Assembly: GCF_009914755.1 (NCBI RefSeq) | Contig: NC_060925.1 | Origin: the human T2T-CHM13v2.0 reference genome, Homo sapiens | Reading direction: 5' to 3' (one strand) | Length of the DNA stretch: 64,000 nt | Part shown: positions 1-13,349 of the stretch, piece by piece | Layout: the number at the start of each line of letters is the position of its first letter | Position numbering within the stretch: position 1 is the first letter of the stretch | Notes under the pieces: generated by a model | The model's input: the letters and a program-made list of their open reading frames with translations, nothing else | Database searches by the model: none | Told to the model about the DNA's origin: nothing | Translations under genes and position numbers: made by a program

Positions 1-180
1 TAGTTAATGTCTATTTGGGCAAATTATGTAACTTCTATGTAACTACATTTTCTTTTCTATAAAATGGGGATAATAAAAGAATACCTATTTTAAAAGTTAT
101 GATTAAATGAGTTAATACATGGAAAGTCCTTAGAATAATGCTTGCCAATGTGTAAACATTTAATAAATGTAGGAATTCCT
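1..180 (+). mobile_element. MIR SINE fragment
   Basis: ctataaaatggggataataa...gattaaatgagttaata MIR core. Confidence 0.65.
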
Positions 181-1769
181 ATTATCACTAGTTCTGTGAC
201 CTTGAGTTTTCCATCTGTGAAATAGATGAAATAATATATACCTTGCTAGGCGGTATGAGGATTAAGTTAGCATGTAAGTATTTGGCACCAATGTGAATTT
301 AATAAATGGCAGCCATTGTTATCCTATGGAAATAATATAATCAAAGACTAAGGTTGAAATCTGGGAAATACCAGCATTTACATGTGGGTGAGAGAATGAA
401 GAGCTTGAGGAGACTGACAGAGGTGGTGCCAGAGGCCTAGGAAGCCATATTACAGTAGCTGGAGAATGAAGAAAAGGAACTGTTGCTAGTTTAGAAGAGG
501 AGTTGTGCCAGGAAACCACCAATTACAATACTGTGTAATAAGTGGAATGAGAGAAGAATATACAGAGTATAATGGGAATATAGTCCCGGGCTTATCTTCT
601 AAACTGGAGTGTTGGAAGGCATCCCAAGAAGAAGAGGCCCTTTAGCTTGAAGAATGAAGTAACATGATAAAGAGGGAGTTCATTGCATGGAAAACAGGAT
701 TCTTCAGGTAGAGGCAATAGAGAAAAAGGCAAAATCCACAATTAAACAGTGTGGCTGGAATGGAAGATATAAACTTAGATGTTAGGTTAGTTACCTTAAA
801 AGTAACCTGTTTTTGGTTTAGAGGCCTGGTGAAGGCTGTTATTCTGGTTGTAGTTTTGAAGACAGAATGGCTTAGTACACATCGTAGATAGTGAATAAAT
901 GTTTGTTGAATGAAGAGATATACAATCAAATATGCTTTTAGTCCTTCATGTTTTCAGTGGAAAAAGAGCAAAATCCACAAAAATTAAACTTGTCCTTTCC
1001 ACTCTTTCTGCCTGGAAAATTAATCATCCTTCAAATACTTGATACCTTTCCTTTATTCAGGGACACCTGATAAAGTGATAAAGTGTCACCTCATTTTTGA
1101 AGCCTTCCTTGACTCTTCAGGCCAAGTGTTGCTTCCTCCCACATGCTATCATAAGCCCTAAGCCTGCTATAGAATTTATATTGCACTTTTTCCTGTTTAT
1201 ATTTCTGAAGATTCATAGCTCATATTTTTGAGGGCTTACTGTGCTGTGTTTCATAGTATGATTATGTTTAACCTTTTCAGTCATCTTATAAGGCAAAGAT
1301 TCCATAATTGTGGTTCATTTTACAAAGAGAATACTGCCATGTAAACAGGATAAGCATTTTGTCCAAACTTGTACTGCAAGATGTGGTCAAGGCTGGACTC
1401 AGATTCAGACCTAGCTGATTTCCAAGGCTGTGCTCTGAACCACCATATCATACTGTCTCAAAATTTAATTAAATTAATGTGCTTAATTTTAAAATATTTT
1501 AAAAATCTAGCCTATAAAATTTACTTGTTATATGTAAATAAATAGAAAATGTTTGTATAATGATCTGTAGTTATCTGTTATTGCTTTGAATACTAATCCA
1601 AAGAATTTATTACTTTTTAAAATGAAATAGGAAAGATACTGACATTAACAATAAATGTTTCCAGCACTGTTATTCACTGTTTAGTGATTAGTGATGTTTG
1701 CGAATTAATGATAACAAGGCTTTCATTGTGATTTATCATCTTAGTTGGTATCAGTACAGTCTTTTAAAA

Positions 1770-1990
1770 TAGCATAATGGATAAGAGCACAGATGTTGGA
1801 GCAAACCTGCATTTGAATCTCCATTCTGCCTCTTACTACCTGTGTGATTTGGGCAAGTTAGTTCATTTCAGACCGCAATGCCCTCATGGTCAACTGGAGA
1901 TAATAATGCCTGTCTCACAGGATTACTAAAAGAATTAAATGAAATAATCCATGTATTTTTGTTTAGTAAAATGTCTAATATTTAGAGCTC
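1770..1990 (+). mobile_element. MIR SINE
   Basis: gcataatggataagagcacaga...tgtgtgatttgggcaagtta MIR pattern. Confidence 0.65.
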
Positions 1991-2112
1991 AAATAGTAGC
2001 TACTATTCATAATTTATATAAGTTTTAGTGCTTTTGGAACTCAATTCATTAGAAAATAGATACAGTGCAAACAAAATGTTACTTTTTTAAAAGGAATTTT
2101 CAAGCTATTATA

Positions 2113-2341
2113 CAGTTGTCCCTTGGTAAACACAGAGGAGGGTTGGTTCCAGGACCTCCTGTGTATACCAAAATCCACACATACTCAAGACCTGCATCAG
2201 CCCAACAGAACCTACATATCTGGAAAGTCAGCCCTTCATACACGCAGGTTTCACATCCTGCAAATACTGTATTTTCTATCTGTTATTTAGTTGAAAAAAC
2301 TCTGAGTATAAGTGCATCCACGCAGTTCAAACCCAAGTTAT
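2113..2341 (+). mobile_element. MER8 (TcMar-Tigger MITE)
   Basis: ta|cagttgtcccttgg...ggttccaggacc...cgcagttcaaaccc resembles the MER8 consensus (recall). Confidence 0.75.
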
Positions 2342-2613
2342 TAAATATACCCTCTTACTCTAATTACAAAAGTAATTAGATTTTAGTTATATAGTCTTCA
2401 TTTTTCCTCTCTTGGGCTACTCAGATTTTTCTTTGTTTTATTATAACTTCACATTCTTAAGACAATTAACCATTTGTTTTGTTCTGTTGTATGTTTTTGG
2501 TGGGGAAAAGGGACAGAACTTAGGAAAAGTGTGCTTTGTATTCTAAGATATTAAAACTATGTTCACACTAAGAAATTGAAGCTGCTTAAGATGATTTTAT
2601 CTTGTTATTCTAG

Positions 2614-2738
2614 GGTAAAACTCATTCACAGCTCTTAATAATTGATCGTGGCTTTGATCCTGTGTCCACTGTCCTGCATGAACTGACCTTTCAGGCAATG
2701 GCATATGATCTACTACCAATTGAGAATGATACATACAA
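2614..2738 (+). CDS. STXBP3: STXBP3 (Munc18c) coding exon, ~exon 9; GC donor
   Basis: ttattctag acceptor; reads [41 protein letters not shown]+AA, containing the SM-family motif [23 protein letters not shown]; the frame joins the next exon only via AA|GCAAGT. Confidence 0.97.
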
Positions 2739-3856
2739 GCAAGTATAACTTGAAGGGCATATAAAGGGCATATACAAACAGGATAGAATATGAGCATTTA
2801 ATGATTTATATAGGCACCAGAAATCTGAAAGCCCCTATAACCTTTTCTATTCAGAGACTTTATCCTTCTCTTATTCCTACAGTTATAGTCTTTGACAGAT
2901 AATGTTGACCTTGTAAATTAAAGTGTAATTTGATTGCTTTGGAGCATTTTTGGTGTGTTTGCTTCCTTAACTGTGTGTACAGTAGAGCTACATTTAAACA
3001 CATGGAATTTGGCCCTTTTGCTTTTAAAAGTAAATACCAGGCTCACTATCATATTTATTGAAGGAGAAACCATATTCAAAATTGTTAGGCTATAATTGTT
3101 CTGAATCATACATTCAAAAGTGTATGTGTCTTATCAACATAAAGTATTTTAAAAGATTGGAACACTAGAAAACTAAATAGGATGGCTATTGAGGACAACA
3201 GGCATAGTTTTACCATTTTGGTACCTTCTACTGAGTTAATCTTGGTATAAACATATTTACTTTAAAAGTAATGTCAAATAAAAACCTAAATGAAAAATGA
3301 AATAGTTTTCTATCAAGGAATCATCTTACTGTATCTCTGTATCATTTATGGTGTATGTGTTACATACATTACAAATGTTATTTGATGTCATGATTTCTGA
3401 ATCCAAACTGGTATTTGTCAGCTAAGATTTACTGCTTGAGTACAGTAATAAAAATGAAAATAGTTTTCTGAAATTTTATGTTTAAACTAATTTGTTAGTT
3501 TTAAGATACAGACACTTGTGATAGTTATGATACTGTTTTTTTTCTTAAATATTGTTAAAATTTGTATTTTCTATTGTATTTTTATTTGCATTCTGGTCAA
3601 ATCTTGGTTTCTGAGTTTTTCTCTGTATTATCTGTATTAATGTTAGATAACATAGCTATTTTTCTAATATAAAAGTTATTTTAAGCAGTTTATTCAGAGG
3701 AGATATTATTTACCTCTGTTACCCTGTAGGTCTCTAAACTTTTAAGTAGACTTATTTTTTAAAAAGCTACTATACTCCCTTCTTTCTGAATCAAAAACAT
3801 TCAGAGATAAGAATTAGATGGAAGTAAAGCTCCCTGTGGTTTGTGCTCCATCACAA

Positions 3857-4000
3857 TTTTTTTTTTTTTTTTTTTTTTTTAGTAGAGGCAGGGTTTCCCC
3901 ATGTTGGCCAGGCTAGTCTTGAACTCCTGACCTCAGGTGATCCCCCTGCCTCGGCCTCCCAAAGTGCTGGGATTGCAGGGGTGAACCACCACGCCCAGCC
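3857..4000 (-). mobile_element. Alu left-arm-only copy with poly(A) and TSD
   Basis: AluS-type left monomer joined directly to a T run; flanked by t(c/t)catcacaatttt repeats. Confidence 0.85.
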
Positions 4001-4097
4001 TTCATCACAATTTTTTATGGAAACAGAATACAAAGCAGCAGGAAGCTCTAAGTGTCCAGATTCAAGTTTTCATGTTGGTGCCTTCTTTAAATTTACT

Positions 4098-4363
4098 TTT
4101 TTTTTTTTTTTTCTTTTTTTGAGACAGAGTCTTACTCTGTCACCCAGGCTGGAGTGCAGTGGCGCCGATCTCTGCTCATTGCAGCCTTCGTCCCCTGAGT
4201 TCAAATGATTCCCGGCCTCAGCCTCCCAAGTAACTGGGACTACAAGTGTGCACCACTGCGCCTGGCTCATTTTTGTGTTTTTAGTAGAAATGGGGTTTTG
4301 CTGTGTTGGCCAGGCTGGTCTCGAACTCCTGGTCTCACATGATCCACCCACCTCGGCCTCCCA
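4098..4363 (-). mobile_element. Alu, 5' truncated
   Basis: Alu consensus match; TSD taaatttactttt. Confidence 0.9.
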
Positions 4364-4975
4364 ACTAAATTTACTTTTAAAATGGGATATTCATCACCTG
4401 AGTATTGTCAGGCTTGTTACTCTTATCTCTGTTTACAGATCACTTATAAGTCAAAGGTATTGTGTAAGAACAAAGTGGTATTTTAAATGACAAAAGGGCT
4501 TTCATCCTTAGTGCAGCCTTATATAATTGAGCACAGTGATTCTGTCTTTGGTCATCTGTAATCCACACAGGTGGATGGTTTTATAGATTGATGTGTAATT
4601 TGTGGGGGTTATAGAAACGATTATATTCATATAGCAAAGTCTATATGTATTATTTGTAGTTCAGAGCTAGGAAAACTCAATGCAGTCCTTCCTGATCTTG
4701 ACTCAGGAAATCAGTAGTTCCAAGGATGATTCAGTCTTGTCTAGTTCCACAAATGGAAGGAGGGTGTCTGCATAAAAAGATAAGGGGAATCAGTCAGGAA
4801 GCCCATTTTGAATAGCTTCATGAATCCCTTAAATTGTTGCTCACTTCAGCAGAACTCATTAAAGCTATCACAATTTTTATGGCTTACATTAATTTTTTTT
4901 AATCTCATTTTCTTTCTCATTCTGTAAAGGAGTTGTGGTTATAGGGTTGGGGGAGAATAAAGAAACAGATGATAA

Positions 4976-5345
<370 letters not shown>

Positions 5346-5756
5346 GATATTCCTGTTCTTAATGGAAATTTGATAATTGTACTGTGGGTTATTAGCACAT
5401 CAAAACAATGTTGTAGGGAATTAGAACACAAAGCGTTAGTATATTGAGTCTTGTTCTTAAAGTTAACTGTAGGACGTTGAATTTTTTTTATAAAGTACAA
5501 TTTTGCTGAACTAAAACTCTAATAATGGCACCTAAACTGAATATTTGAAAATGTCTTGGTAGGCTTAGGACTTATTTTTAATGTAAGGATAGCAGCGTGC
5601 CTTAGTTTTGAGTAGGTATTCATTACCCCCCTAAAATAGTGGATTTTACTTTTCAGTTTCTTGAGTTGTGTCTTGAAATTATTGTTTGTAAAAATGTTTC
5701 TTTTGATTTTGGAGGGAAAAAAATCAAAAAGTTTTAGTGCTTCTGTCTACTTGTAG

Positions 5757-5852
5757 ATATAAAACAGATGGAAAAGAAAAGGAGGCCATCCTTGAAGAAG
5801 AAGATGACCTCTGGGTTAGAATTCGACATCGACATATTGCGGTTGTGTTAGA
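5757..5852 (+). CDS. STXBP3: STXBP3 coding exon, ~exon 10
   Basis: ttgtag|A TAT AAA...; YKTDGKEKEAILEEEDDLWVRIRHRHIAVVL; donor GA|gtatgt. Confidence 0.97.
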
Positions 5853-5983
5853 GTATGTGAACTCATTTTAATTTTTGTTCCATAATTTTTAGACACTATG
5901 TGATAGTACATTTTGTAACCTTAAAATAGTTCTGTAAAGAATTACATCTTAGAAATTTAAAGAATTCTCTCACAATTTGACAG

Positions 5984-6041
5984 GGAAATTCCCAAGCTTA
6001 TGAAAGAAATTTCATCAACAAAGAAAGCAACAGAAGGAAAG
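5984..6041 (+). CDS. STXBP3: STXBP3 coding exon, ~exon 11
   Basis: gacag|G; EIPKLMKEISSTKKATEGK; donor AAG|gtaaga. Confidence 0.96.
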
Positions 6042-6229
6042 GTAAGAGTCTTACTTAACTTTCAAAGTAATAGTGAAGGTGAATTTTAAAGTTTGTTTAA
6101 AATCTTTATTTTATTTCTGTAACTTTTTATTTTTGGAAAGTTCTAACACGGAGGTAGAGAATGAACTCCTACGTACCCATTGCCTAGTTTCAATAGTTAA
6201 CAACATTTTTGTCTGTCCTGCTTCATTAA

Positions 6230-6513
<284 letters not shown>

Positions 6514-7573
6514 CATAAAGTTTATTTTAAGGCCATTTAGTCAATTTTATCAATGCATTGTTGGGATTTTACATTCAGATATAATTTATAAGTAAAGCAC
6601 ACAAATCTTAAATTTATACTGGATAACTTTTACTTATATATACCCTTGAAACCACCACTTTAAATCAAGATACAGAACATTTTCATCATTCCAGAATATT
6701 CCCTCTTGTCCTTTCCCTGTCAGTACCCCTCCTGCCAGAGGTAAACTCTATTCTAATTTTCATCACCATAGATTGTGTTCTTGAACTTCACATAATGAGA
6801 TTCACCTGTGTTACGTATTTTAGTAATTCATTTTTTTCATTTGTGTATAGTAGTAATACCATTATGTAAATATACAACAATTTGTTCATCTTGTCTCCTT
6901 TTGATGGACATTTAGTTTGTTTCCAGTTTGGGATTATTATGAACAAAGCTGCTATGGATTTTTTTGTACATGTAATTTGGTGGACATACACACTCTTTCT
7001 CTTGGGTATATTAAGAGTAAAATTATTGGGTTATAGGGTAGGATTGTGTTTAGCTTTAATAGGTAATGCCAAAAGTTTTGCAAAGTGTTTCAACTGATTT
7101 ACATCCCCATCAGCAATAATTGAGTGCTCTAGTTGCTCCATATTGCCACCAACACTTGATATATTCTTGTCTTTATTTTCAATTAAAATTTCATTGCACG
7201 AGATGGTATCTTATTGTGGTTTTAATTTCAATTTCTCTAATGTTCTTGTGCATATTGGCCATTAGGATATTCTGTTTTGTGAAGTGCCCATTGAAGGTCT
7301 TTTGCCCATTTTTAATTGAGTTGTCTGTTTTTCTTACTGATTTCTAGAAGTTATTTTCTGGATATGAGTCCTATACATGTATTTATGTATGTATGTATCT
7401 TTTGATGAACAGAAGATCTCAATTTTAATGAAATCTAATTTATCAATTTATTTCTTTTATACTTTCTCTGTGTCCTTAGAAGTCTTGGCTTACCCTGAGG
7501 TCATTAATATATTCTTCTGTTTTCTTCAGTAAGGCTGATCATTTTAGCTTTTACATTTAAGTCTGTAATTCAC

Positions 7574-9781
7574 TATATTAGTCCATTCTCACACTGCCAT
7601 GAATAAATAGCTGAGACTGGGTAATTTATAAAGAAAAGAGGTTTAATTGACTCACAGTTCCACATGGCTGGGGAGGCCTCAGGAAACTTAACAATCATGG
7701 CAGAAGCCACCACGTCACAGGGAGAATGAGTGCCAAGCAAAGGGGTAAGCCCCTTATAAAACCATCAGATTTTGTGTGAACGCACTATCACAAGAATAGC
7801 ATGGGGCAAACCGCCCCCATGATTCAGTTACCTCTACCTGGTCCTGCCCTTGACATGTGGAGATTATTACAGTTCAAGGTGAGATTTGGGTAGGGAAACA
7901 GAGCCAAACCGTATCATTCTGCCCCTGGTACCTCCCATATCTCATGTCCTCACATTTCAAAACACAATCATGCCCTTCCAACAGTCCCCTACAGTCTTAA
8001 CTCATTCCAGCATTAACCCAAAAGTCCAAGTCCAGAGTTTCATCTGAGATAAGGCAAGTCCTTCTGCCTATGAGCCTATAAAATCAAAAACAAGTTAGTT
8101 ACTTCCTAGATACAATGGAGGTACAGGCATTGGGTAAATACACCTGTTCCAAATGGGAGAAATTGGCCATAACAGAGGGGCTTACAGGCCCCATGCAGGT
8201 CCAAAATCCAATAGGGCAGTCATTAAATCTTAAAGTTCCAAAAGGATCTCCTTTGACTCCATGTCTCACATCTGGGTCATGTTGATGCAAAAGGTGGGTT
8301 CCCATGGCCCTAGGCAGCTCTGCCCCTGTGGCTTTGCAGGATATAGCCCCTCTCCCAGCTGCTTTCATGGGCTGGTGTTGAGTGTATGCAGCTTTTCCAG
8401 GCACATGTTGCAAGCTGTTGGTGGATCTACTATTCTGGGATCTGGAGGATGGTGACCCGCTTCTCACAGTTCACTAGGCAGTGCCCCAGTGGCAACTATG
8501 TGTGGAGGTTCCAACCCCACATTTCCCTTCTGCACTACCCTAGCAGAGGTTCTCCATGAGGGCTCCATCCCTGCAGCAAACTCCGGCCTGGACATCCAGA
8601 CATTTCTATACATCCTCTGAAATCTAAGCAGAGGTTCCCAAACCTCAGTTCTTGACTTCTATGCACCCTGTAAGCCCAACACCACGTGTAAGCCACCAGC
8701 TTGCACCATCTGAAGCAATGACCTGAGTTCTACTTTGGCCCCTTTTAGCCACAGCTGGGATGCAGGGTACCAAATCCCAAGACCACACAAAGCGGCAAGG
8801 CTCTGAGCCTGACCCACGAAACCATTTTTTCCTCCTTGGCCTCTGGACCTGTGATGGGAGGGGCTACCACGAAGGTCTCTGACATGCCCTGGAGACATTT
8901 TCCCCCGTTGTTTTGGTGATTAACATTTGGCTCCTTGTTTCTTATGCAGATTTCAGCAGCCAGCTTGAATTTCTCCCCCGAAAATGGGTTTTTCTATCAT
9001 ATCGTCAGGCTGCAGATTTTTCAAACTTTTATGCTCTGTCACCTCTTGAATAAATGACTGCTGAGAAGTTTCTTCTGCCAGATAACCCTAAATCATCTCT
9101 CTTGAGATCAAAGTTCCCCAGATCTCTAGGGCAAGGACAAAATGCCACTAATCTCTGCTAAAGCATAGCAAGAGTCACCTTTGCTCTAGTTCCCAAGAAG
9201 TTTATCATCTCCAGCTGATACCACCTCAGCCTGGATTTGATTATCCATATCACTGTCAGCATTTTGGCCAAAATCACTCAAGTTTCTAGGAAGTTCCAAA
9301 CTTTCCCACATTTTCCTGTCTTCTTCTGAGCCCTCCAAACTGTTCAACCTCTGCCTGTTACCCAGTTCCAAAGTTTCTTCCACATTTTCAGGTGTCTTCA
9401 CAGTAGCACCCCACTCCTGGTACCAAAACTGTATTAGTCCATTCTCACGCTTTTATGAAGAAATACCTGAGACTGGGTAATTTATAAAGAGATTCAGTTG
9501 ACTCACAGTTCCATATGGCTGCAGAGGCCTCAGGAAACTTATAGTCATGGTGGAAGGCACCTCTTCACAGGGTGGCAGGGGAGAGAAAGAATGCCGAGTG
9601 AAGGAGGAAGCCCCTTATAAGACCATCGGATCTCATGAGAACTCACTCACTATCACAAGAACAGCATGGGGGAAACTGCCCCCATTATTCAGTTATCTCC
9701 ACTTGGTCCTGCCCTTGACGCGTGGGGATTATTACAATTCAAGGTGAGATTTGGGTGGAGACACAGAGCCAAACCATGCCA
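7574..9781 (-). mobile_element. Complete THE1 (MaLR, THE1C/D-like) element: LTR-internal-LTR
   Basis: LTRs at 7574-7916 and 9430-9781, internal region about 1.5 kb, 5-bp TSD TTCAC at 7569-7573 and 9782-9786. Confidence 0.9.
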
Positions 9782-10681
9782 TTCACTCAAATTAATTTTG
9801 ATTTATGGTGTGAGGTAAGGGTCTAGCTTCATTTTATTTCGATATACATATCTGATTACTCAAGCACTGTTTATTGTAAAGACCATCCTTTCACCATTGA
9901 GTTGCAGTAATGCATTTGTTGTGAATCAAGTGACCATAAATGTGTGGGTCTGTGGACTCCATGTCCTTTTCCATGGTCAATTTGTCTATCCTTGTAACAA
10001 GACCACACTGTCTTAACTAGTGTACCTTTGTAATGGTTTTGAAATTTGGTAGTATAAGTCTTCCAGCTTTGTTCTTCAAGATTGTCTCAGCTGTTACAAC
10101 CTTTGTCTTTTAATACACATTTTAGATTCTGCTTGACAATTTCAACAGAAACATTTAACTGAAATTTTGATTGGGATTACATGAATCTGTACACTAATTT
10201 GGGAAGAACTGACAAAAATATTGCATCTTCTGATCCAAGAACATAGAATATAGCTCCACTTATGTAGATAGTTTATCTCAGCCGCATTTTATAATTTTCA
10301 TTTTAGTGGTATTGCACATTTTTTCTTTATTTCTAGGTATTTGATTTTTTGGTGTTATAAATGGTATTTTTTAAATTCCATTTTACTTTATTAGTATATA
10401 AAATGTGATTGATTTTTGTATATTTACCTTGGATCTGGTGACCTTGCTAAATTTATTTTTTAATTCTAGTACTTTGTTTATAGATTGGCTTTTTTGTTTT
10501 TAAGAGATCGGAACTCTGTTGGCCAGGCTAGTCTCTGAATTCAAGCAATCCCCCCACCCTTGCCTCCCTAGTAGCTGGGACTACAGGCAGGTACCAGTGC
10601 ACCTAGCTGGATTTTTATATACACAGTAATATAATCTGTGAATAAAGAAAATTTAGTGTCTTCCTTTCTAAATTAATCTTC

Positions 10682-10873
10682 CAGAGGTGTCCAAAGGAGA
10701 GAATACAGTCATGGGTTCTTAGTTTCTGTTTCAGCTAGTAAAGTCCCTTCCTTATCCCTCTTTTCCACTTATCACTAGAGACAGAAACTAAAAACCATGG
10801 CTTCAGGCTGCAAAAAGCCTAAAACAAAACAGAACAACAACAACAACAAAATAAGGTGGGTTAGACAAGCTTG
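10682..10873 (+). mobile_element. MER30B-like hAT-Charlie MITE
   Basis: Termini cagaggtgtccaa...ttagacaagcttg; internal inverted repeat. Confidence 0.7.
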
Positions 10874-11045
10874 TCATACGTTTAAAATTTTTTTTTTTTA
10901 GTAGTTAATACCTCCTGGTTCTGGCTGATACCTCCAGTATAACATGAAATCAAACTGGTGATAATGAGCGTCCTTGTCTCATTCCCAGCTTTATGGGAAA
11001 TGAGTTCAATATTTCATCATTAAGTATTATGTTAGTTTTAGGTAG

Positions 11046-11446
<401 letters not shown>

Positions 11447-12119
11447 TAATCAGGAAATTTCGATGTTGGATTTCATCAAAGGCATTTTGATATTGTCTTT
11501 TTTTCCCCTTTATTCTGTTAATGTGATGAATTACATTTATTGACTTACTAACATAAAAGTAACCATTTCTAGAATAAACTCCACTTGATCATGATGCATC
11601 ATCCTTTTCCTCTATCACTGGATTTTGTTTGCTAATATTTTGTTGTAGGATATTTGCTTCTATATTTATGAGAAATACTTTTCTGTAATAGTCCTTTTTT
11701 GTAATGTTCTTGTCAGGTTTTAGCAGCAAGATTTTTTTGGTCTTATGAAATGAATTGTGATGCACACTTTGTCATTCCATTCTCTGAAAGAGTTTGTGTA
11801 AGATTGTTACTGCTTGTTCTATTGCTGCTTGAAAGAATTCACCATTGAAGCAGTTCAGGCATAGAGACTTCTTTATGGGGAGGTCTTTCGTTATAATTAA
11901 TGATAAGTTATTTAATAGATATAGAACTATTTAGTTTTTTACTTTTTCTTCATTAGTTTTGGGATATCGCATTTTTCAGGGAATTTGTCTATTATATCTA
12001 AATTTTGAAATGTCCTCTTATCCTTTCAATATGTGTAGAATCTATAGTTAGATTTTATTTACTAATCTTGCTATTGTTAATTTGTTTATTCCCCTATATA
12101 TTATTAATATCCCCTGCAG

Positions 12120-12500
<381 letters not shown>

Positions 12501-12555
12501 TTAGCTGATTTTTACTCAGTTTTATTTCCTTCCTTCAGCTTACTTTGTTTTAAAT

Positions 12556-12771
12556 GAAGCTTGTCCAACCTGTGGCCCATGGGTCACATACAGCCCAGGA
12601 CGGCTGTGAATGTGGCCCAACACAAATTTGTAAACTTTCTTAAAACATTATGAGATGTTTTTGTGATTTTTTTTTTAACCTCATCAGCTATTGTTAGTGT
12701 ATTTTATATGTGGCCCAAGACAGTTCTTCTTCCAGTGTGGCCCAGGGAAGCCAAAATATCGGACACCCCTG
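12556..12771 (-). mobile_element. MER30 (hAT-Charlie)
   Basis: aagcttgtccaacc...ggacacccctg termini; 8-bp TSD (t/g)tttaaat. Confidence 0.85.
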
Positions 12772-13121
12772 GTTTAAATTTTTTCTTCTAGCTTCCTGAG
12801 TTGGAGTTTTAGAACATTGATTTCCAACCTTTCTTCTGTTCTATTGTATATATTTTATAGTTATTTACATCTCAAACTTAGCTGCATCCCAGGAGTTTTG
12901 GAATAACTTATTTTCATTTAGTTCAAAACATTTTCTAACCCTTATTATGATTTCTTCTTTGACCCATGTGTTATATAGGGAATACGTTTTTAAATTTCAA
13001 AGCATTTGGGAATTTTCTAGTTATCTTTCTGTTACTGAGTTGTAATTTAATTATACAGTGGTCAGAGAATGTGCACTATATGACATCAGTCTTTTAAAAT
13101 ATGTTAAGACTTGATTTATGG

Positions 13122-13349
13122 GGCTGGGCATGGTGGCTCGTGCCTGTAATCCCAGCACTTTGAGTGGCCAAGGCAGGCGAATCACATGTGGCTAGGAGTT
13201 CAAGACCAGCCTGGCCAACATGGCGAAACCCCATCTCTACTAAAAATACAAAAATTAGCCATGTGTGATGGCACACACCTGTGGCTCCAGCTACTCAGGA
13301 GGCTGGGCAACAGAGTGAGACTCTGTCTCAAAAAAAAAAAAAAAAAAAA
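13122..13349 (+). mobile_element. AluS with right-arm deletion
   Basis: ggaggctg joined directly to ggcaacagag. Confidence 0.85.

Noticed and set aside
2743-2748. GT donor for STXBP3 exon 9
   Set aside because: It adds 4 nt and breaks the frame; the GC donor at 2739 fits.
8099-9747. ORFs of 64-122 aa
   Set aside because: They lie inside the non-autonomous THE1 element and show no gag/pol motifs.
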